Shown: one piece after another, positions 50,495 through 60,451 of the stretch | How the letters are laid out: the number at the start of each line of letters is the position of its first letter | How positions within the stretch are numbered: position 1 is the first letter of the stretch | DNA from: an uncultured Chloroflexia bacterium | Lineage (GTDB): Bacteria > Chloroflexota > Limnocylindria > Limnocylindrales > CSP1-4 | Length of the DNA stretch: 64,000 bases | Assembly (NCBI GenBank): GCA_963766735.1 | Contig: CAVYBU010000008.1 | Location: forward strand, 1 to 64,000 | Reading direction: 5' to 3' | Notes under the pieces: model-generated | What the model was told of the DNA's origin: nothing | The model's database searches: none | Seen by the model: only the letters and a program-made list of their open reading frames with translations | Translations under genes and position numbers: made by a program

Positions 50495-51471
50495 CGGCGA
50501 CACCCGCCGGCGCCGGCGACCCCGCAGACGGCCGCGACCGTCCCGTGTCCAGAGGCCCCGGATCCACGTTGCTCGAGGTCCAGGACCTCGTCGTCACGCG
50601 CGCGAACCGCCGGATCCTCGAGATCGATGAGCTCAGGATCCGCAGGGGCGAGACGCTCGCGATCGTCGGCCCCAATGGTGCCGGCAAGAGCACCCTGCTC
50701 CTGGTGCTCGCGGGTCTGTTGCGCCCGGATTGGGGCTCGATCCTCATCGACGGCGTCCCGGCGGTCCCGGCCTCAGACCTGGCCTACCGGCGACGAATCG
50801 GCCTCGTGTTCCCGGCGCCGCTCCTGCTGTCCACCTCGGTCTTCGGGAACGTCGCCGCGGGCCTGCGCTTCCGCGGGGTCGGCGCGGACGAGATTCGCGA
50901 GCGTGTCGACCACTGGCTGGAGCGGCTGGCGATCGCCCACCTGCGAGATCGTCCGGCCAGCCAGCTCTCGAGCGGAGAGGCCCAGCGGACGAGCCTCGCC
51001 CGCGCCCTGGTGCTGAACCCGCAGCTGCTCATGCTGGACGAGCCGTTCGTGGCGCTCGACAGCACGACCCGCGCCCAGCTTCTCGATGACTTCGAGCGGC
51101 TCGGGGCAGAGGCCGCCACGACACGCGTGCTCGTGACGCACCACCTGCACGAGGCCGTCCGGCTGGGTGACCGCCTGGCCATCCTGCTCGACGGGCGCAT
51201 CCGCCAGTGCGACGTCCCGGAGCGGGTGATGGCGTCTCCGGTCGACGAGGACGTGGCCGCGCTCGTGCAGATCGAGGCGCGGGTCCGTGGGCACGTCGTG
51301 GCCGAGGACGACGGCCTGGTCGTCGTCGACACGGGAACCGGGTCGGGGAGGGATGTCGAGGGACGTGCCCGGCGCCTCCTGGACGCGACACGCGAGACGG
51401 GACGCGCCACGACCGACGACGGCACCGGGACCACGGGCGATGACGGCACCGGGACCACGGGCGAGGCATGA
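50491..51471 (+). CDS. tupC: Tungstate ABC transporter ATP-binding protein
   Basis: GPNGAGKST, LSSGE, LDEP; operon context. Confidence 0.82.
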   Translation: MTATPAGAGDPADGRDRPVSRGPGSTLLEVQDLVVTRANRRILEIDELRIRRGETLAIVGPNGAGKSTLLLVLAGLLRPDWGSILIDGVPAVPASDLAYRRRIGLVFPAPLLLSTSVFGNVAAGLRFRGVGADEIRERVDHWLERLAIAHLRDRPASQLSSGEAQRTSLARALVLNPQLLMLDEPFVALDSTTRAQLLDDFERLGAEAATTRVLVTHHLHEAVRLGDRLAILLDGRIRQCDVPERVMASPVDEDVAALVQIEARVRGHVVAEDDGLVVVDTGTGSGRDVEGRARRLLDATRETGRATTDDGTGTTGDDGTGTTGEA

Positions 51472-51524
51472 TGTAGGCGGAGCCACTCGCCGCGTGTCGG
51501 CGAGGGCAGGCGCGGAGGGCTTCG

Positions 51525-53435
51525 ATGGCATTCGGCAGCAACGGGGCGATCCTCCGCGTCGATCTCACCCGCGGGACGACCACCGTCGAGACGTTCGACG
51601 AGGCCTTCTTCCGCCTCTACCCCGGTGGCAAGGGCCTGGCCGCGTACCACCTGCTCCGCGAGATGCCCGCCGGCGCGGACCCGTTGGGTCCCGACAACGT
51701 GCTGGTGCTCGCCGCGGGCCTCCTTGCCGGGGCGCCCCTCTCGACCGCGACGCGCTTCAACGCGATCGCCCGGTCGCCGCTCACCGGGGGATTCGGGGAG
51801 TCCGAGGCCGGCGGCTACTGGGGGCCCGAGCTCAAGATGGCGGGGTTCGACGCGATCATCCTCACGGGACGGTCGCCGGAGCCCGTCTGGCTGTGGGTCA
51901 AGGACGGCGCTGCCGAGATCCGCGACGGGCGCGCGCTCTGGGGCCAGGATCCGCCCTTCGTGCAGGCCGCCATCCGGGAGGACACCGGCGAGAAGCTTGC
52001 CCGGGTGCTCCAGATCGGACGGGCAGGGGAGAACCTCGTCCCCTACGCGATGATCATGAACGAGCTGCGCCACTACAACGGCCGCACCGGGATGGGTGCC
52101 GTGATGGGCTCCAAGAACGTGCGCGCCATCGGCGTCAAGGGATCCCGGCGCTACGCGGAGCTGGCCCACGACCCGCAGGTGCTGGGCGAGATCGGCAAGC
52201 GGATGGCGAAGACCGTCACCGAACACCCGCAGAGCTGGGACCTGCGCACCAAGGGAACGCCCGGGCTCACGGACGGCTTGAACGCGGCCGGGATCCTGCC
52301 CACGCGGAACTTCCGTCTGGGTTCGTTCGAGCAGGTCGAGGGGATCGGCTGGCAGGCATACGAGGCCATCCGGAGCGGCACCCGCTCCTGCTACGCGTGC
52401 GCCGTTCGCTGCAAGCCCGAGACCGCGTTCGAAGGTCGCTACCGCGTCACCGACACGTACGACGGCCCGGAGTACGAGGCGATCGCCGGGTTCGGGTCGA
52501 ACTGCGCGATCTTCGACATGGAGCTCGTCGCGCGCGCCAACGAGCTGTGCAACGAGCTCGGCCTCGACGTGATCTCCGCCGCGGGAACGGTGGCGTTCGT
52601 CATGGAGTGCGTTGAGCACGGCCTTCTCGGACCGGAGGATCTCGGCGGCGTGGACCTGCGCTTCGGCAACGGCGAGGCGCTGCTGGAGGTGATCCCGCTC
52701 ATCGCCGATCGGCAGGGGGCGGGCGAGCTGCTGGCGCTGGGTTCACGGAAGATCGCCGAGCGTGTCGGCGGCGGTTCCACGGCCTTTGCCATGCAGGTCA
52801 AGGGCCTGGAGCTGGCGATGCACGAGCCGCGCGGCAAGGTTGGCGTCGGGCTCGGCTATGCCACGAACGAGGCGGGTGCGGACCACCTGGTCGCCTTCCA
52901 CGACCCGATCTTCGTGAACCCGGAGTCCGTGGCGTTCAAGGGCGCGGTGCCCCTGGGCATCACGGAACCGACCGGAGTTCTGGACCTGGGCGAGAAGAAG
53001 GTGGGCCTCTGGTACACGGGCGAGCGCTGGAACAGCGCCGAGAAGGTCCTGGGACTCTGCTTCTTCGGCCCGGCGCCCCGGTCGTTCATGCAGGTCGAGG
53101 ATGTCCTGGCCGCCGTGCGCGCCGCGACCGGCTGGGACGTCACCGTGGACGAGCTGCTCGAGATCGGGGAGCGGGCCGTGAACCTCGCCCGGGTGTTCAA
53201 CGTCCGGGAGGGCTTCAACCGGACCGACGACCGGCTGCCTGACCGCCTCCACACCCCCCTCGAGGGCGGGCCGCTGATCGGGAACTCGATCGACCGGGAC
53301 GCGCTCGAGGAGGCGATCTCCGCGTTGTACACGCTCAAGGGCTGGGACCCGGCGACCGGTGCCCCGACGGCGGAGCGGCTTGACCGGCTCGGCCTCGAGT
53401 GGACCGCGGTGGGGTCGGGCAAGAGCGGCGGGTGA
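51525..53435 (+). CDS. Tungsten aldehyde:ferredoxin oxidoreductase family, copy 2 (intact)
   Basis: RSPLTGGFGES, GRTGMGAVMGSKN, CYACAVRC, GPEYE, DDRLP. Confidence 0.93.
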   Translation: MAFGSNGAILRVDLTRGTTTVETFDEAFFRLYPGGKGLAAYHLLREMPAGADPLGPDNVLVLAAGLLAGAPLSTATRFNAIARSPLTGGFGESEAGGYWGPELKMAGFDAIILTGRSPEPVWLWVKDGAAEIRDGRALWGQDPPFVQAAIREDTGEKLARVLQIGRAGENLVPYAMIMNELRHYNGRTGMGAVMGSKNVRAIGVKGSRRYAELAHDPQVLGEIGKRMAKTVTEHPQSWDLRTKGTPGLTDGLNAAGILPTRNFRLGSFEQVEGIGWQAYEAIRSGTRSCYACAVRCKPETAFEGRYRVTDTYDGPEYEAIAGFGSNCAIFDMELVARANELCNELGLDVISAAGTVAFVMECVEHGLLGPEDLGGVDLRFGNGEALLEVIPLIADRQGAGELLALGSRKIAERVGGGSTAFAMQVKGLELAMHEPRGKVGVGLGYATNEAGADHLVAFHDPIFVNPESVAFKGAVPLGITEPTGVLDLGEKKVGLWYTGERWNSAEKVLGLCFFGPAPRSFMQVEDVLAAVRAATGWDVTVDELLEIGERAVNLARVFNVREGFNRTDDRLPDRLHTPLEGGPLIGNSIDRDALEEAISALYTLKGWDPATGAPTAERLDRLGLEWTAVGSGKSGG

Positions 53436-53668
53436 GGGTCCACCTCTGGGGCGAGCTCGGCTTCTACGGACCGGGGAAGCAGAGCCGGTTCGAGTTCCCG
53501 ATCCGCGATGAGATGCCCGTCTCCGACGCCCTCCGCCTGATCGGGGTCCCGGAGGCGGACATCGCTGTGTTCGGTCTCAACGGCGTGGTGGTCCGGATCG
53601 GCGACCCGACGGTCACCGTGGCCGACCAGGACAGGATCGACTGCTTCCCGGCGACGAGCGGGGGCTGA
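53432..53668 (+). CDS. MoaD/ThiS-family sulfur carrier
   Basis: 78 aa ending in SGG; coupled to AOR. Confidence 0.8.
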   Translation: MRVHLWGELGFYGPGKQSRFEFPIRDEMPVSDALRLIGVPEADIAVFGLNGVVVRIGDPTVTVADQDRIDCFPATSGG

Positions 53669-53763
53669 GCCGGTCGGGACCCAGGCTGGGAACCCGTCCG
53701 GAAGCAGGTCGGGTCCGGCGAGACGCTGCCGGAGCCGATCCGGACGGCGGCCGGCGACCTGCC

Positions 53764-55038
53764 TCAGTCGTCGCGGCTGCGAAGCTCCCAGGCGACGACC
53801 TCTGCCCCCACGGGGAGGTCCGTGTCCGGAGGGATGAGGATCATTCCGTTCGCCGCCGCGAGCGAAGCGAGCATGTAGGAGTCCTGGCCGCCCGACGACC
53901 GGGCCAGCAGCCCGTCGGGGCGGTCCGGGTCCGGGACGAGGACGACACGGGTGATGTTCTGGCGGCCCGAGGCGCCCCGCATCGGCTGGGCGACGCGGAC
54001 GATCCGCTCGGGCCTGTCAAACGCCCGGACGTGTCCCGCGAGCCGGCGCAGCACGGGACGCACGAACAGCTCGAACGTCACGAACACGCTGACGGGGTTG
54101 CCGGGCAGCCCGAACAGGCGGACGTCGCGGTCGCCGACGATCGCGCGCGCGAATGCGAATGGACGCCCGGGCTTGATCGCGACCCGCCACAGGGCGAGGT
54201 CGCCCAGGGTCTCGAAGGCGGCCTTCACGTGATCGTGGGCGCCGACCGAGACGCCACCGCTCAGCACGACGACGTCTGCCCAGGCGACCGCCTCGCGGAG
54301 CAGGTCGAGCAGGTCGGCCAGGGTGTCCCGGGCGATGCCGAAGCGGCGAACCTCGGCCCCCGCCTCGGCCGCCTGAGCAGCGAGCGTGAGCGAGTTGGAG
54401 TCGTGGATCTGGCCCGGTCCGAGCGGCAGCCCCGGCGGGACCAGCTCGTCCCCCGTCGAGATCACCGCGACCCTCGGCCGGCGATGGACCGACACGGACG
54501 CGTGGCCGGTCGCGGCGAGGAGCGCGATAGCGGCCGCGTCACAGGCGCGGCCGGCGCCCAGGAGGTGCGCGCCCTCCTCCACGTCGCTCCCGGGGTGGCG
54601 GACGTGGTCGCCCGGCCGGACCGGGGCGAGGACCGCCACGGTCGCGGGGATGTCGGATGCACCGGCGGGTGCGTCCGTGTCCTCGACCGGGACGACGGTG
54701 TCGGCCCCGTCCGGCAGCATCGCACCGGTCATGATCCGGATCGCCGTGCCCGCAACAACCTCGCCTTCGGGTGGGCGGCCCGCGGCCACCTCGCCCAGGA
54801 CCCGGAGCACGACGGGGCTGCCGGCGGACGCGGCGGCGATGTCGGCCCCGCGGACGGCAAAGCCGTCCATCGCGCTGTTGATCCATGACGGCACCGTCAG
54901 GGCCGAGTGGACCGGCGCTGCGAGGACGAGTCCGGAGGCGTCGGCGATGTCCACGACCTCGGCAGGGAGTGCCGTGACGTCCTCGAGGACGCGGGCCTGT
55001 GCCTGATCGAGCGGGACGAGATCCGGAAGGTCAGCCAT
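53764..55038 (-). CDS. moeA: Molybdopterin molybdenum/tungsten transferase
   Basis: SAMDGFA, RIMTGA, STGDEL, SGGVSVG, GLPGNP. Confidence 0.93.
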   Translation of the reverse strand: MADLPDLVPLDQAQARVLEDVTALPAEVVDIADASGLVLAAPVHSALTVPSWINSAMDGFAVRGADIAAASAGSPVVLRVLGEVAAGRPPEGEVVAGTAIRIMTGAMLPDGADTVVPVEDTDAPAGASDIPATVAVLAPVRPGDHVRHPGSDVEEGAHLLGAGRACDAAAIALLAATGHASVSVHRRPRVAVISTGDELVPPGLPLGPGQIHDSNSLTLAAQAAEAGAEVRRFGIARDTLADLLDLLREAVAWADVVVLSGGVSVGAHDHVKAAFETLGDLALWRVAIKPGRPFAFARAIVGDRDVRLFGLPGNPVSVFVTFELFVRPVLRRLAGHVRAFDRPERIVRVAQPMRGASGRQNITRVVLVPDPDRPDGLLARSSGGQDSYMLASLAAANGMILIPPDTDLPVGAEVVAWELRSRDD

Positions 55039-55300
55039 GGGATGCTCCTGCCAGGTGGGGCGGCGGTGTGACGGAACGCCAGCATAGCGGCGGTCCAGCG
55101 GGATCGGCCGGCAACGCAACTCGCCCCGCTCCGCCTGCCCCGGTCGCGCGACGGGAGGCGTCCCACGTCGGCACCCGGGTGTATAACGAGATCAAGTCCC
55201 ATCGACCCGGTTCGGGCGAGGGCCGTCTCCGCGACAGGGCGGTACCCGGGATGACGGGAACGCCGTCGTTGTGCAGGCGGCTGGAGAGGAGGCACCGATC

Positions 55301-56245
55301 GTGACGTACTCCATCGTTGCGCGGGACAGCGCGACCGGCGACCTGGCCGTGGCGGTCCAGTCCAAGTTCCTGTCCGTCGGATCCGTGGTCCCGTGGGCAC
55401 GCGCGGGCGTCGGCGCGATCGCCACCCAGTCCTACGCCAACGTTGCCTACGGCCTCGACGGCCTGGCGCTCCTCGCCGGCGGGGCGGATGCGGTGGACAC
55501 GCTCGCGGCTCTCGTCGAGGCGGATCAACTCCGGACGCAGCGCCAGGTGGGAGCGGTGGACGCGCACGGTGGGTCGGCCACCTACACCGGACGCTCGTGC
55601 TTCGCGTGGGCCGGCGGACGGACCGGCCCCGGCTACGCGGCCCAGGGCAACATCCTGGCTGGCGCGGCGGTTGTCGATGGGCTGGCGGACACCTTCGAGG
55701 CGGGGGGCCTGCCGTTCCCGGAGCTGCTGGTCGCCTGTCTCGCGGCTGCGGATGCCGCCGGTGGTGATCGGCGCGGCCGGCAGTCGGCGGCGCTCCTGAT
55801 CGTCCGGGAGCGCGGCGGATACGGCGGTGGCAACGACCGCTGGATCGACCTCCGCGTGGACGACCACCCGGACCCGGTCACGGAGCTTGCGCGATTGCTC
55901 GAGCTCACGCATCTGTACCTGCAACGGCCGACGCCGGCCGAGCTCATCGCCCTGGATGATCAGCTGGCCCGTGAGGTCCGCGGGCATCTTCAAGACCTGG
56001 GCTGGGACCCCGCGACCGCGGGCAGCCCGCTCTACGTCCCGATGTGGCCCGACGAGGCCGAACCCGAGGACGAGCGGCCCCGCGTGGGCGATCCGCGGCC
56101 CCTTCCGGACGGCTGGGATCTCGCCTGGCAGGATCGTCTGCTGGCGTGGATGTCCGTCGAGAACCTGGAGGAGCGAACCGCTGCCCCGGGGTGGATCGAT
56201 CCGAAGGTGCTTGCCTACCTCCGCAACGCGGGCGGCAAGTCCTAG
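55301..56245 (+). CDS. DUF1028 (Ntn-hydrolase-like) protein
   Basis: TYSIVARD..GAIATQS..QGNIL..GGDRRGRQSAAL..DLRVDDH. Confidence 0.88.
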   Translation: MTYSIVARDSATGDLAVAVQSKFLSVGSVVPWARAGVGAIATQSYANVAYGLDGLALLAGGADAVDTLAALVEADQLRTQRQVGAVDAHGGSATYTGRSCFAWAGGRTGPGYAAQGNILAGAAVVDGLADTFEAGGLPFPELLVACLAAADAAGGDRRGRQSAALLIVRERGGYGGGNDRWIDLRVDDHPDPVTELARLLELTHLYLQRPTPAELIALDDQLAREVRGHLQDLGWDPATAGSPLYVPMWPDEAEPEDERPRVGDPRPLPDGWDLAWQDRLLAWMSVENLEERTAAPGWIDPKVLAYLRNAGGKS

Positions 56246-56805
56246 GCCACCGCGACCTGTTCCGCATCGTCGGTGACGGACTCCTCGGCCGGCTGCTCCT
56301 TGCCGGGGAACGCGCGCATGAGACGGCGCAGGAGGCTGTGGAGCTCCTCGCGCTCGGAGAGTTCGAGGACTGCCGCGATCTTCGCCTCGCGGCGCGCCTG
56401 CGTGCCGCTGGTCCTGTCCCACGTGGCGTTGCCCATCTCGGTCGGCTCGATGAGGGTTCCGCGCCGGTCGTTCGGGTCCGGGAGCCGGCGGATCAGGCCG
56501 GCGGCCTCCATGCGATCGAGACGGTTGGTCATCGCGCCGCTGGACAGGCGCATGTCCGTCGCAAGCTGGCCCGGGGAGCGGCGGTACGGCGGACCGTAGC
56601 TGCGCAGACGCCCGAGGAGGTGGTAGGACCGGTGATCCAGGCCAAACTCCGTCAACGTCTCCTCCAGCGACCGATCAAACGACTTCGCCAGGATCTGAAT
56701 GCGCTCGACGATCCCCTCGGTGAGCGAGTTGAGATCCGGGATCTCGCGCGCCCAGGCTCGGAGAGACTCGTCCAGGCAGTCGTGGGCCTCTTTGTCTTCG
56801 TTCAT
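56242..56805 (-). CDS. MarR-family regulator
   Basis: SSGAMTNRLDRME..RRLPDPNDRRG. Confidence 0.9.
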   Translation of the reverse strand: MNEDKEAHDCLDESLRAWAREIPDLNSLTEGIVERIQILAKSFDRSLEETLTEFGLDHRSYHLLGRLRSYGPPYRRSPGQLATDMRLSSGAMTNRLDRMEAAGLIRRLPDPNDRRGTLIEPTEMGNATWDRTSGTQARREAKIAAVLELSEREELHSLLRRLMRAFPGKEQPAEESVTDDAEQVAVA

Positions 56806-56831
56806 ATCTCGAGTATCCACCAATTGGACAC

Positions 56832-56928
56832 GATGTCAAGATTCTTTTGGTAATACCTCTTGACATCGAAGGAATATGCCGCTAGTCTGTCCCCAGATCG
56901 TTTGAGATCAAGAGTCTTGAGGTCAAGA
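56832..56928. promoter_or_regulatory. Cluster of TCTTGA-NN-TCAAGA-type operator sites
   Basis: GATGTCAAGA/TCTTGACATC IR (56832-56867), TTGAGATCAAGA (56902), TCTTGAGGTCAAGA (56915). Confidence 0.7.
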
Positions 56929-57195
56929 GCCGTTCGAACGGAACGGCGGAGGGACGACAGATGGTCGGGGCGAAGGCAGCAACGGGGAACGGGCTGATCG
57001 CGGACCTGCGCCGCGGTCGTATCGGATGGTCGATCCGTCGGCTTCGGGAGCAGGACGCGCGGACGCGCGCCGAGCATCTCGCCCGCATGACTCTGACGGA
57101 GGAGACGCGTCACGAGCGTGCCGAGCTGGGCGCTCCCTCCCGCGACAGCGGGGCGACTCCCCTCCGGTGGAACCGGCTCACCTGAGGTCACACGG

Positions 57196-57226
57196 GGCGG
57201 GCGGAGGCATCGAGCCTCCGCCCGCC
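57196..57226. terminator. Terminator-like GC hairpin
   Basis: GGCGGGCGGAGGC-N5-GCCTCCGCCCGCC, 13-bp perfect stem; weak U-tract. Confidence 0.55.
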
Positions 57227-57251
57227 TTCGACGTTGGGGGACAATGGGCGG

Positions 57252-57800
57252 ATGACGAGGTCGGCGCCCTGGGTACTACGACGGGCCACCGGCGCCGACG
57301 CCGTGGCGGTGGCCGCGATGCACGTCAGGGCGTGGCAGACGGCCTACCGGGGGATCGTCCCCGACCCCTTCCTCGACAGCCTCGACGTGGCGGCCCGCGC
57401 CGGCCGCTACTCCTTCGATCGCACGGCCCCAGGGGATCCGGAGACGTGGATCGCGGTCGACGGCGAGGACTTCGTGGGGATGGTGAGCATCAGCCCGAGC
57501 CGGGACGAGGACCTGCCCGGGCTCGGCGAGGTTCGCGCCCTGTACGTCGCGCCCGACCGGTGGCGGTCAGGCGCCGGTTCGGCGCTCCTGGCCACGGCGG
57601 AGCGACTGCTCGCGGACGCCGGGTACGCCGAGGCATTCCTATGGGTGCTCGAGGACAACGCACGGGGCCGCGGCTTCTACGAGGCCGCCAGATGGGATCC
57701 TGACGGCCACACCAAGACGGCGGAGATCGGGGGGCGCGAGCTCGTCGAGGTCCGGTACCGCAAGACGCTGACCGCCCCCACCCAGGACGTGCGGGACTGA
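57252..57800 (+). CDS. GNAT acetyltransferase
   Basis: ALYVAPDRWRSGAG..LWVLEDNARGRGFY. Confidence 0.88.
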   Translation: MTRSAPWVLRRATGADAVAVAAMHVRAWQTAYRGIVPDPFLDSLDVAARAGRYSFDRTAPGDPETWIAVDGEDFVGMVSISPSRDEDLPGLGEVRALYVAPDRWRSGAGSALLATAERLLADAGYAEAFLWVLEDNARGRGFYEAARWDPDGHTKTAEIGGRELVEVRYRKTLTAPTQDVRD

Positions 57801-57817
57801 ACGGTATCCTCGCCGCG

Positions 57818-58393
57818 ATGCAGGACCACTCACCGTCCGTCGCCGCGATCCGCACCGAGCGGGTGGAGCTCGTCTCGATGTCGCTCCCGTTCATGCGGGC
57901 GCTCAAGGCCGGCCACCAGGACGCGGCGGCCCGCGAGTTGGGCGCCGCCCTGCCACCGGGCATGCGCGAGGACCTCTCCAACTTCCTGAGGTACCGGATC
58001 CCGGCCCTCGAGGCGGACCCCGCGAGCCAGCCGTGGCTGGGCCGCGCCATCGTCGCGACCCACCCCGATGGGCGGCGGGAGGTGATCGGCACGATCGGCT
58101 TCCACGCGCCCCCGGACGAGACCGGACGGGTCGAGATCGGCTACCGCGTGGAGGCAGCCTTCCGGCGCCGTGGGTTTGCGACGGAGTGCATCCGGGCGCT
58201 GCTTGCCTGGGCGCAGGCCCGGGGGACGTACCGCTTCCGCGCCTCGGTTGCACCGGACAACGTCGCCTCGCTGGCGATCATCCACGCCTTCGGCTTCGAG
58301 CAGGTGGGCGTCCAGATGGACGAGGTCGATGGCGAGGAGCTCGTGTTCCACCTGGACCGGCCGCCCGCCGAGGGGACCAGCCAGGCCGGCTGA
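57818..58393 (+). CDS. GNAT acetyltransferase (RimJ/RimL-like)
   Basis: VEIGY..RRRGFATE..DNVAS. Confidence 0.88.
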   Translation: MQDHSPSVAAIRTERVELVSMSLPFMRALKAGHQDAAARELGAALPPGMREDLSNFLRYRIPALEADPASQPWLGRAIVATHPDGRREVIGTIGFHAPPDETGRVEIGYRVEAAFRRRGFATECIRALLAWAQARGTYRFRASVAPDNVASLAIIHAFGFEQVGVQMDEVDGEELVFHLDRPPAEGTSQAG

Positions 58394-58453
58394 CGGCCAC
58401 GGGCGATGTGGCCGCGCCCAAGCGGCCCGCGCCCAAGCGGCTGCGCTCTTGAC

Positions 58454-59248
58454 TCAGGGGTGTTCGTCGGTCACACGCCGGAGGCGCCAGATCATCTCGG
58501 CCGGCCAGCGCCGTGCCCAGGCCAGCGTCTCGGCCGAGCGATACGTGCTGGTTGCCTGGGGCTCGGGGCGCGGCTCGAGGCAGTCCTCGATCACGAAGCC
58601 GTTGGCGCGAAACAGCCGGATCCACTCGCCGAACGGCAACTGGAAGCTGGTGTTCTCGCCGTCATCGATGGCGTGCATCCCGAAGTAATCGACCACCAGG
58701 CGGTCGCCGACCTCGTCGGCGTCGAGCGGCCAGCAGATCGTCGCGATCGGGGACTCCTGGCTGAACGCGAACAGCCCGCCGGGCCGCAGCAGGCGGGCGG
58801 CCTCTGGGACGGTCCGGTAGGGGTCGGCGAAGGTCATCGCACCGAAGTCGCAGAAGACGATGTCGAACGACGCATCAGGGAGCGGCACTGCCTCCGCGCT
58901 CGCGTGGACGAGCGGGAAGTCGACGCCTGCCTCCGCCATCAGGCGCCGGGCGTGCTCCAGCTGGCGCTCGGACAGGTCGAGCCCCACCGGGCGAGCGCCG
59001 CGCAGCGCCAGCGCGATCGACCATTGGGCCGCGCCGCACCCAAACTCGAGGATGTCCCGGCCGGCGACCTCACCCAGGACATGCAGCTCCGCCTCGGGGA
59101 TCTGTGTGGTCCCCCATGCGAGCCCGCCGCTGTCCGCGAGCTGGCCACCGTGGAGTTCCTGGTATTCGTCGCTGGACGCGTTCCACGCAGCCCGGTTTCG
59201 GGCGGCGTGTGCGGTCAGGTCCGAGGGTATTGCGCGTTCATCGGTCAT
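58454..59248 (-). CDS. Class I SAM-dependent methyltransferase
   Basis: ILEFGCGAA, SFDIVF, RLLRPGG. Confidence 0.9.
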   Translation of the reverse strand: MTDERAIPSDLTAHAARNRAAWNASSDEYQELHGGQLADSGGLAWGTTQIPEAELHVLGEVAGRDILEFGCGAAQWSIALALRGARPVGLDLSERQLEHARRLMAEAGVDFPLVHASAEAVPLPDASFDIVFCDFGAMTFADPYRTVPEAARLLRPGGLFAFSQESPIATICWPLDADEVGDRLVVDYFGMHAIDDGENTSFQLPFGEWIRLFRANGFVIEDCLEPRPEPQATSTYRSAETLAWARRWPAEMIWRLRRVTDEHP

Positions 59249-59295
59249 CCTCGCAGTGTATGGAGTCCGCTCCACACCTGCCCTACCAGGGCATC

Positions 59296-60171
59296 TCAGC
59301 CGGCCGCGCCGAACCGGTACAGGTCGACGTCCGAGACGGGCTCGTACCCGATCCGCTGGTAGACCGAGTTCGACGTCGGGTTCGCGAGGTTGGTGAGCAG
59401 GAAGCAGAAGCGCGCCCCGCGATCGAGCTGATCCTGACTTGCGGCCGCCGTCAGCGCACTTGCATACCCACGACCGCGCTCGTCCGGCGGTGTGTAGACG
59501 GGGCCGAACCGCCGCCCGTTCGGCGTCCGCGCGCCGGCGGCGGCCAGCGACACGACCCGCCCGTCGACTTCCCACAGGTACGCGAATCGATCGTCCCGCC
59601 GGACCCACCGCTCGACCATCTCATCGATCTCGCCACGTGCCGATCCTGGCGGCAGGGCCTCCTCGTGGAATGCGATCAACCAGTCGCGCAGGAGCGCTCG
59701 GTCGCGCTGGTCGGCAAGCCGCCAGGAACCGGATGTCGGCCGCGGCGCGATGACGCGCGACAGCCGGTAGATCCGCTCGGCAATCTCCAGGCGAGCGGGA
59801 CGCCCGGTCACCTTTGACCACGCCCGGGCAAACGGCACGACGGTCGATTGCGGCCCGAGGACGGTCGGCAGGTCGGGCGAGACTGCGTGGAGGTCGGCGA
59901 CCAGGGCCTCGACCGCGAGGGGCACCCGGTCGTCCGGAACGCCGGGCTCCGAGAGCACGGGGCCGAATGGCGGTGTGCGGATCGCGACGAGCGCGATGCG
60001 GCCGGCGTCCCATACCGTCGCCAGGTACGGCGGTTCGAGGTAGGTCCCGGGCTGGTCCCGGAGCGTGGAGAGGATGCCAAGCGGGAGGTTGTTCTGGGCC
60101 TCACGCGCGACGAGGTAGTCACCGGCTGTTTCGAGCAGCGCGACGGCGGTCTCGTGACGAGTCACATCCAT
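59296..60171 (-). CDS. GNAT acetyltransferase
   Basis: GPVYTPPDERGRGYA..NPTSNSVYQRIGY. Confidence 0.88.
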   Translation of the reverse strand: MDVTRHETAVALLETAGDYLVAREAQNNLPLGILSTLRDQPGTYLEPPYLATVWDAGRIALVAIRTPPFGPVLSEPGVPDDRVPLAVEALVADLHAVSPDLPTVLGPQSTVVPFARAWSKVTGRPARLEIAERIYRLSRVIAPRPTSGSWRLADQRDRALLRDWLIAFHEEALPPGSARGEIDEMVERWVRRDDRFAYLWEVDGRVVSLAAAGARTPNGRRFGPVYTPPDERGRGYASALTAAASQDQLDRGARFCFLLTNLANPTSNSVYQRIGYEPVSDVDLYRFGAAG

Positions 60172-60451
60172 CCTGAGACTGTAGCCCTCGTGTCATCGGT
60201 ACGCGCGCGAGGCGGCGCCTTGACGCCGGCCGCAGCGTATCGCCGGTACCGGCGGTGCCGGATGTCAACACTCTTCTCCAAGTTGGGACTATCGGCTCTA
60301 CAGGCCGCCATTAGAAGAGCCCACGCTCCGGCAATGCATGCCACCCGGGCGTGCTCGATGCGCGTCGGACACCCCCCCTGATCGCCCGCCGAGTGACTCT
60401 GTCCGCGCACGTCCACGCCACCAGTCCGGGGATCATTGAGGAGGGACATCG

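Noticed and set aside
51414-51463. 24-bp tandem duplication at the tupC 3' end
   Set aside because: Simple in-frame slippage in a low-complexity tail.
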